Source of the DNA: Octopus sinensis
Lineage: Eukaryota
Length of the DNA: 64,000 bases
NCBI RefSeq assembly: GCF_006345805.1
Contig: NC_043015.1
Location: 2,852,001-2,916,000, forward strand
Direction of reading: 5' to 3'
The translations under genes and the position numbers were made by a program. Below, piece by piece: positions 55,344-64,000 of this stretch (its first letter is position 1; every line of letters begins with the position of its first letter). The notes below the pieces were generated by a model. That model did no database searches. It saw nothing but the letters and a program-made list of their open reading frames with translations, and had not been told where the DNA came from.

Positions 55344-55899
55344 CTCCGAATACGAGCTTTATTAGAGTAAGTGACTATCTTTTTGATTATACTTATAATT
55401 ATTTCATCGTCCAATGCAGTATTGCCACTCGCTACCATTCATATATAACGCTAAGACGGAATGTCATAACATCACCGAAAACATTTCAGTAACAGGCATA
55501 TATTCACTAGTATAAACTAAGGGTGATGAAGAATGACCTTACTCATACCCAGAAAACAATTTTTACTCTGTAAATCTTACATGACATCAGGGAGTAATTC
55601 CGATCACTCAAACAGGAATGTTCTCGGTGCTTCACAATAAGGAATTCGAGAGAGCATTCAAAATATATCGCAGAGTGACAGAGATAAATCCGTTTAAGAA
55701 CAAAAGCAGCCACAGAAGCTCTATGTGAGACATTATTATCAAGAGCCAGCGAAGGACAGTGAAATTGTCGCAAAGAAATGACGGTAAAAGTAATCCGATT
55801 TCAAGCGTGACACACAGCTTATTCCAAATTCTATATTACTTGAATCTTTGGTAGCACAAACGAATTTCAGATACCATTCCTTTTATTGCTTACTTTTTC

Positions 55900-56260
55900 C
55901 TGCCAGTCTGTTTCACCATATCGAACTATTTTTAATGGAATGAATCGAACCCAGTACTAATATTTTTAAAAAACCTGATACATATTCTAATAGTCACTGC
56001 TGCCGAAGCACTAATTTTCGGCGATGTTAACACACTATGACCGATTGTCAAGCGGCAGTGGTTACAAACACTACCACATACACTCCCACTGAAACATACA
56101 TACATGCATATATATATACGATGAGCTTTCAGTTTCCTACTGCCAAATCTACTCACAAAGCTTGGTTGGTCGGCGACTATAGTTGAAGAAACTTGTCCAA
56201 AGTACCGAACCCATGTGGTTAGGATGCAAGCTTCTCATCACACAGTCACATCAGCGCCTG
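55900..56260 (-). mobile_element. Degenerate SINE
   Basis: CCGATTGTCAAGCG...TTTCAGTTTCCTACTGCCAAATCTACTCACAAAGC...CCATGTGGTT, same family as 7693-8308. Confidence 0.7.
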
Positions 56261-56632
56261 TGTTCGTTCTAATTTAGACGGTTCCATGCGCCAAAAATAG
56301 ATATAGCGCATCAGTTTATTTCATATGCATATACATCCAGACTACTTAGATGAAGTAAAGGAACTATTTTTTTGTAGCAAATCATCTTTAGGAGTTGAAG
56401 CTTCAATATAGGAGTGCAAGAGAATGAATTCCACATTGCAGAAAGAAGTATATTTACTACTAACACAAAATATTTTAAGGAGCATGAGTAAGGGAATGCA
56501 ACTGTCATATAGAAAACATGGAGCAAGACGGTAAATTAATTTAGAAGACACTTGAGAATACTTAGTCACATTTAAATTTGTTGAAATCTAGAGCTTAAGG
56601 AAAGTAAGTTTAAATCAAATATTTAAAGGTGA

Positions 56633-57019
56633 CTAGCAGTATCGCCCGGCGTTGCTCAGGTTTGTAAGGGAAATAACTATAAAGCATTTTTAGAGAGTTA
56701 TAGCCAAAAAATAGCAAAAAAATGGAAAAAAAATGATGGAAAATATTTTTTTGAGATTTAAAAAAGGTAGAGTTGCGTCCCCTAGACTGTTTGTGGTTCG
56801 TATTCCTGATTCTCGACCCCATGTCGAATTTATCGATTTTTTTTCAGAACTGGGGGAACTTTTCAAAATTTTCGCTGCGTTAGTTTTGAATTATGACATT
56901 GGGCTATGTGTGTGTCAAGCTTCATCAGAATCGGTTGAAAGCCGTGGTCAGGGTGAGGGTACAAGCAAACAGACACACAGAAACACGCACAGACAAACTG
57001 CCGTTTATATAGAGAGAGA
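56633..57019 (-). mobile_element. Non-autonomous Helitron
   Basis: The - strand starts TC(TCTCTCTATATAAACGGC) and ends with the hairpin CCTGAGCAACGCCGGG followed by CTAG. It sits between A and T with no target duplication. Confidence 0.85.
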
Positions 57020-57149
57020 TTTAGGTGTAAATCATTGTGTAGTTACAAGAATTATTCACAGTTGATAGTATTGTAGTAATTCGAATCAGTATATATTTCC
57101 ATAATTTGGCATTACCTGATTGTCACGCTTCTTCCGAGTAATATCGGCA

Positions 57150-58380
57150 ATTCACAATACGTTTATAACGTAGGATTGAGGTAGATGCCCAGGAATAGTT
57201 CTTTTGTTCGGGGCTGAATATGTGCAGAACATATTGTCCCTAGAGCAACCTAATGTCTCCGTGGATATGTATAGATTGTTTTTGCAAGCAATGTCATAAG
57301 ATGTGTATTTTCGATTTTGTACAGGTGGGTGATATAGTAACCCTACAATAGGTAAGGAACTATTGTTAGTGTGTGTTGCTGAGAAATTAAAACAAAAACA
57401 GTTTTGACATACACTGTGGTCACTTTTCCCGTATTTGGATAAATCGTGAAAACGTAACGGTGGATATTTAGGACTTGTGTCCTGAAACAATATCCTTAAG
57501 TCTCCTAACTGTGAAAGTGGGAACCGTGAGTGCTGCAATGTTTCCTGTAAAAATGTTTCGAAATATGCACACGGGCGTGCCGTCTTTACGTACATCATTA
57601 ATACTTAAAAATAGACATCATATAAATACCGGAGGTTATATCTTCTATGTTTCTTAAGGAAACTGAGCTTTCAGTGGAAAGAAGTGTGGCAAACCGTGAA
57701 GGGTATAACATATAGAAGAACGGTAATTTTTGATATTATCTCTGATATGTCTTGTGTTACACGTTGGAAGATAATCCGTGACAATAACAGATATTTCCAC
57801 TTACGTCTTATATCCCCACAAATACAAGTAACACAAGGAGGTGATGGTATGTGTGTATGCTTGCATGCCCTTTGATTTGAATGGATGTGTAGAAGGGTAT
57901 GTTACAATTGTATTGCATTAAACAGAACGCTTAAGCTATTCGTCTTCCTTTATACTGACAGATCAATAAACCTGCGACTAATCTCAAGCAGTAATAGTAC
58001 GTCATTGTTAGAGAATATTTGACTGCCGTTTTTATCTTCTGTTTTGAAACCGAAGTCTATCCTGAATTATTAGCGTTGTAAACGCAATACTTGTTATAGA
58101 GGGGAAACAACAACTGACTTCTGGGGGACTTTTAATGCGTTCCACACTTTTGTCAATAATCGGTCAAAACATTCACTTTAAAATATTTCCCTGTTCTCTT
58201 TTACGGGCATTGGGGGCATTCTACAAATTGAGTAAGCATTACATAAATCTGAACGAAGCAATAAAATAGTGGAAGCTATTGTGTAGTCTTCACAAGGAAT
58301 AGTACACGAAATGGTAATCCGAAATATAGATTTCTCTCTATACAAATCTAAGGTGTAATATTTCGGGCGGTACGTACGCA
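57150..58380 (-). pseudogene. Decayed Fat-like cadherin N-terminus (about EC1-EC3)
   Basis: PVKEN, GFKTED (cf. FAT1 LFKAEE), VEISVIVTD, HGLPHFFP, HGDIRLL (cf. NGDIASL) and FSPEQKNY (cf. FPGSKEY). Confidence 0.5.
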
Positions 58381-58698
58381 TAAATTAAGAACATATTCAT
58401 CTCTATAAATACAAAGAATGCAATCTCACACACACTCTCACACACACTCTCTTCTTCTGTCTCTCCTTGTCTCCATTTCACCCATCTCATTATTTTACAC
58501 TTATAAATACACTAATATATGTATTTCTCTATATGTTTCTGTGTCTATCTATATGTATGTGTATGTATGTACCTTTGTAAACTATATATTTATATATCAT
58601 TTACAGCTGTTTTATAATTATATTCGATGTTGGTTTGTGTGTATATACATGCATATATATGCATATATATATATATATATACACACACATACATACAT

Positions 58699-58769
<71 letters not shown>

Positions 58770-59599
58770 ATATTATATATATATATACGTATGTACGTAC
58801 GTACGTATGTGAATGTGTATTTATGTAGACGTAGGAATGCCTATAAGATTGTAAACAGATAGCATCAGATACATAGGAAAACATACACAGCATGTAATAT
58901 ATTTACGATGGAGCTAATAAGCAATGTAACTGAATAAAGAGCAAAGTAGTTTTATCAAATATACTTTGCTTAATATAATGTAAACCAGCCAATACTCTAC
59001 TGACATTTGCTTTTACAAGATTAATAAGTTTCCTAATGTCAGATATTGAATTATGATAATTTTTCATAGTGTTTTGTATTTAATGTATAGTTCGTGCTGC
59101 ACATAATTTATTATACAGTGATTTAGCAAGCAGTGTAATTATTGATGAGAATATTTCCTATATAGAACAATGTCTGGTAAGTTAATTATACATTATTCTA
59201 TTGCCTTTTGTCGTTTTGACAAACCCGCTATTCTCTGAAACTGATTTATAGTATTTTATAAAATTTGTAGTGTCTACTTTGCGTTTTATCCCTGCGGGTC
59301 GAGAACTCAAGTACCAATATAGACGTTTGAAGCAAACCAATTGAAAAGTTCGCATACGTTTGTAAAGCGAAAATCAACAAAAAATGGATTATGGTAATGC
59401 AAGACAAACTTTTTATTTTTCTGAACTTATCTTTATGCGGTCTGCGAGGATACTAGCATTTATGATATAATTTCTCGTGCGAGTCTTTCAACTCTTCAAT
59501 TATTGGTTTTTCCAACTCTCTACGAGGCAATTATTTTTATGGACCTGTAATTGTAGATACTTTCATCTTCTACTATACAAGTCTACGTGCCTTCCATTT

Positions 59600-61736
59600 T
59601 AAACAAATACATTACATCTCTAACGCAAGCGATTATTTGCTATATCATATATAATAGGTATTGACAGTTAAAATCTCAGTAATTAGGAATATACGTATGG
59701 GTTTCTTTCTTTGTTTTGACTCGTGAATGTATAGCAGTATGAATGGATCCGGTAATATAACTTGCACCCTCATGGTGCCAGACGAAGAGAATAAAATCTA
59801 ACAAAAAGAATTGATGATGAAAGAATGTAATATAGAATTATTGGAATAATGAAATAAGATTTTCCTTCAGGTAACCTGAAACATGAAAGCATTGGAACAT
59901 CTAAATTGTACATGATTGCAACATAGTGCTTTTCAAATTTAACAAGCAATACATTACACATGTGTACTAAAATATCTCGGAACTATATCATGACAGAATA
60001 CATAAACTATTTGCTTAATTCTATGCAAAGAGAGGAGACACATATTTCTATGGAGATGTATAAGCATAATTATTTTAAATTCTCAAATAAGAAAGCATGA
60101 CATATCTGGAGGCATAGATTTTGAATAACTGGATATTTCTTTAGTACAAAAGTGAAACTCAGTACGCCATGCCTATTGATTTGCGTGGCTCAGATGATTA
60201 CACCAAGAATAAATGTGTCTTTCTACATTAGAATATATCTTGAAATGAAAGGCAATATGGGTAATACATTTCCATCATTATATTAAATTACTTGATACGC
60301 ATTTTCATTTCAATCTTATAGATATAATCCCTAAGAAATTGTAATATCTGATGAATATAGATAAGAATATGGTGGATCACTAATGATGGTAGAAGAACGA
60401 AGCTGGTTTTGGCATGAACATATTTTACTGAACGTTTAATTAGTTTTCATATAAGAGTTGTCATGTTCCCTTTTCATCCGGAAAATCATTTTTATTATGG
60501 GTTTTCCAATAAAGCATATTTCCATTATACATTCATTCCAAATTATCAAATATTTTGACTGAATACAACATATCTAAACATTTCAAATCGTGTTTTAAAC
60601 ACTAAATGCCACTCATTCCTATACTGAAGTTCATGTGCCAAACAAGGGATTAAGAATGCAAAAATATACTGAACAACGAAAGAGCAGAACCAGCGCTTAT
60701 TAAAATTAGTTCCGCATGTAAATAATAACACTATAGAAATCTGATTGAAAGAGTAAAATGTTTTCGTCTCCTCGACATGAATTCTATATAAATGTGCGTA
60801 TTTGTATTTGTCTGTGTGTGCATGCGCACATCTGTGTCTGTCAGTGTGTGTGTCTGTGTCTGTAATTGTTTGTGTTTTACGCTACGTTTATCCGCGTGTA
60901 TATGTTTGAAGGTAGTGTACGCTATACCTATTGTAAAATATCATCAGTAGGGAAAACTTAAATACCCAAAATAGTTTTCGAATATTTCGATCAATATGGT
61001 ATTCATCCTTTATGATATAATACTTCTAAAATGAGAAATACTACGATGTGTTACTATGTTAAGCAGTTTCACGGCACGTAATCATGTGCCTGCTTGTACA
61101 TAGTCGAGCCGAGTGACATTAGTAATATTCAACTTGCCACATGTTTCTTTTCTCTGACATTTCAAGAATAGATATGTGGCTCTACATAAACGAGGATAGT
61201 ATAAAGAATCCTTCTTTTAGCATATTTCTTAAAATTGATATATGATTATATATATATGTATATATATATATATATATATACATCCCAGTAGCCTCAGGAA
61301 GGAGGAACTGATAGGGGCTCTAAAACTTGAAGAATCACGGAATCCGAAGCAAGCTGTTTTCATATATACATACAATCATGCATGCATACATACATACATA
61401 TATACATGGTAACAGTCCTGATACTTATCAATTAAACCTCGTATATACAAAGAGGTCCGAGTTAAACAGAATAGAACCCGTATTGCGAAATACAATTTTG
61501 GTCTTCCTTTCACCATTTCAGATGCAAGATCTCTTCCCTGAAGACGGAAATTCGTCTCATGCGAAGATGGAATAAACCTACCAACATTATATCGGACCAC
61601 TGATCCTCTAGAAACAGCTGTTATTACATTAGTCCCTTTAATCCTCGATATCATTTCTATTCTGTATATTCTATACAGTCAATATCTGATTCTCATCTAT
61701 GAACGAAATATATATAGATATACATATATAAATACA

Positions 61737-61780
<44 letters not shown>

Positions 61781-62886
61781 AAAAAATATATATATATTTA
61801 TTTATATATATATAAATATATATATATATGTGTATGTGTGTGTGTGTGAGTGTGTGTGTGTATATATATATTTATTTGTTCTCCATAGCTTTAGCCGTTA
61901 AGTACAAAAAAATTATGTATGCTATAAAGGGATATGTCCAGAAAATGCGTCATTTACGATACAGCAATAAAGCTATTTTACTTTATATTGGCAAAGAAAA
62001 AAAATCTACGTCAGTAATACTTAATCGCCAACACTTAAATGGTAAATACTCGGGACGTTATGTTTTAAGACTTCTTTGATTTCACGTACTAATCAATTCA
62101 TCTAATTTCTACACGAAGATATATTTAAAAGAAAATGTTATTGAACGCAGTTTGTTTTCCTTGGGGAACGTAAAATATATTCCATTTTAAACCCGTGTAC
62201 TTCTGGGTATTCGGCCATTAATGAATTATTGTATAGTGGAAAGGAGAGGCGGAACATCTAGTATTATTAGAGTTCTACATTATAATCTGTTTTATCTTTT
62301 TATATATATATTTCTAAATCATTTCACCAGGAAGCCTCTGCCGCAATCATCTATTGTTGTGTCAAGAAATAAGGAACATCCAACTGTTGCATTGTATAGC
62401 CTGCACCGATATTCATTGTTAGTAAATGAACGCGAAAAGTGTTTTGTTACGAATTTTATAAATCTACAATGAACATATGGGCAGAAAGTAAACCCGATAT
62501 AAAACGTACGTTCAAACCTTTCATTGGCATGCGTTGGTAGTCCCTACCGTTGTCTATTCAATCAATAAATATTTAACACATCTCTAATTTACAGAATGAT
62601 TATTAACAAGGGATCAAAAAGAAAAATTGATAGCATTTCGTATTGTAGTGTTTTGAGTTCTATGAAAGTGAATGTTAACGGAAGCAACCTCTGATTATAT
62701 ACTGGCATTTATTTTTTGTTTTGTAATTTTTTCTGGAATTCGAAAGTACGAAAGTGTTGCAAACTACAACAGGACTAGCTAAGTTTACACACACTTTATT
62801 TAGCATTGTAATTTCAATTCTTTAATGCATATTCTCTGAGTCTCGCATTGCTTCTTTTACTATACTATAGTATCAAAGAATCGTTC

Positions 62887-62958
<72 letters not shown>

Positions 62959-63350
62959 ATGTGTGTATCAACATATTTGTGCACGTTTTCATATAAGTAA
63001 CTTGGTCAGGCATAGGCAACGAAAGTAGATATACGATTATCGTCAGGAACAATGTATGTTCCGAGGTTAGCAGGAACAGCTGTAAGCATGTGACTCTGCT
63101 TGTATTTTAGAGGCTTATGAACGACATTTTCGTGCATGCAAATGCACACTTCATGAAAACCCGAAATTATACATTCTCAAAATCATTTACTTCAATATTC
63201 AATGACAACTCTGTTAGGTTATCATGTACGATATTGCTGTAGTTTAGATTCGAAACTTATTCGATGTCAACTGTTTATTTTAGTGCATGTTACAGATAAA
63301 GTGTCAGAACGAAGTTTATATATCACTTTATCTTGGTTCTAGAGCGTTAA
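59600..63350 (-). pseudogene. Further decayed Fat-like cadherin copy (central repeats)
   Basis: NDFENV*FRVF, ANLGTYIV, SDPPYSYLYSSDITI, VKFEKHYVAIMYNLDVP..IILYYIL and ITGSIHT, in FAT1-like order on the - strand. Confidence 0.5.
61385..61705 (+). mobile_element. Penelope-like terminal repeat remnant
   Basis: Lies between microsatellites. Contains CCTGAAGA and GAAA-CAGCTG-T (palindromic stem III), but stem I is lost. Confidence 0.35.
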
Positions 63351-64000
63351 TTTGAAGCCGTATGATCGGTAAGCGTATGAACATTTTTTGTGTGCATGTG
63401 TTTGCGTAAATTTTTATAGTTTCATATATATATATATATATATATATTCATATATACGATCGTATACAAACGTACGCATACACATACGTATAAGTGTGTG
63501 TAGTGGGTGTTTGTGTGCATTTACGTACGCATTGCGTACTTACAAACATGTGTACATACATGTATTGTTTTTTACCTATGATTCTTCTTTATTCTATAGT
63601 GATAAAACTCGGATTTGTATTTTGAAATTCATTTCGGAATTATTCGCGATAAAAGCCAAATAACTAATCAAAAATCACATCCAAAATTATCAGATGTCAG
63701 CCAATTATTAGAATATTAATGTAAAATAAAATTTCAGGGAGAAATGAAAATATAGAGATAACAAGTTTTAATGCAAGAAAATAATTTAAACTCGCCTTAC
63801 GTTAATAGAAGGATCGTCCGTTTAACATTCTGCAATTACATACATGTGCTATAGAATCAGAAGTATAAAAATTTTAATTATCCTCCTACTTGCATTATTA
63901 AAGAGAAATTTTAATGAAAGTATTTTGCGGGAAATACTTTGTCGAACGTGTTACATTCCATACGAGGATATTTTGATGGTCTATATCCTATATTATGATA

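Larger units (their letters stand above)
52850..56570 (-). pseudogene. Decayed Fat-like cadherin N-terminal repeats with a local duplication
   Basis: KYSQVSSKLIY, RITATDNNNH, RRFYSR*LRL, NMRGIDNGKH and SDINKGKL...LKIIKLSRYTDRESSRIYAFVITI (cf. LDRE....Y.L.IT). Confidence 0.55.

Noticed and set aside
55540-55780. Protocadherin EC1-like reading (KRIYLC..ECSLEF..IYRVKI)
   Set aside because: It lacks the DRE and DxNDN motifs, and the flanking blocks fit Fat-like order better. Not fully excluded without alignment.
57152-57598. 148-aa minus-strand ORF as a novel gene
   Set aside because: It has no recognisable domain, and the cadherin-like motifs fall in another frame of the same strand.

Overview
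Very AT-rich, microsatellite-dense eukaryotic DNA. The tRNA-head SINE families, the (TA)n/(GATA)n density and a GC-rich divergent 28S fragment suggest an octopus-like cephalopod (inference). I see no intact protein-coding gene, and most of the supplied ORFs are microsatellite translations. The main hidden signal is that much of the non-repeat sequence, translated across frameshifts and stops, reads as decayed cadherin repeats of the Fat1/Fat-like type. These lie on the + strand at about 1-30 kb and on the - strand at about 33-64 kb. One - strand copy (58.3 to 33.5 kb) appears colinear from the first repeat onward, and the same Fat segments recur in several places, so this looks like an array of dead giant-cadherin copies. 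Comparisons to human FAT1 are from memory and need alignment. Inserted among these are a near full-length mariner, a fold-back mariner remnant, a maT/DD37D remnant, a Tigger-like MITE, a Helitron, R4/Dong and Tx1-like LINE pieces, many SINEs, an inverted pair of Penelope GIY-YIG fragments, several Penelope-type hammerhead ribozymes and an antisense 28S rRNA fragment.
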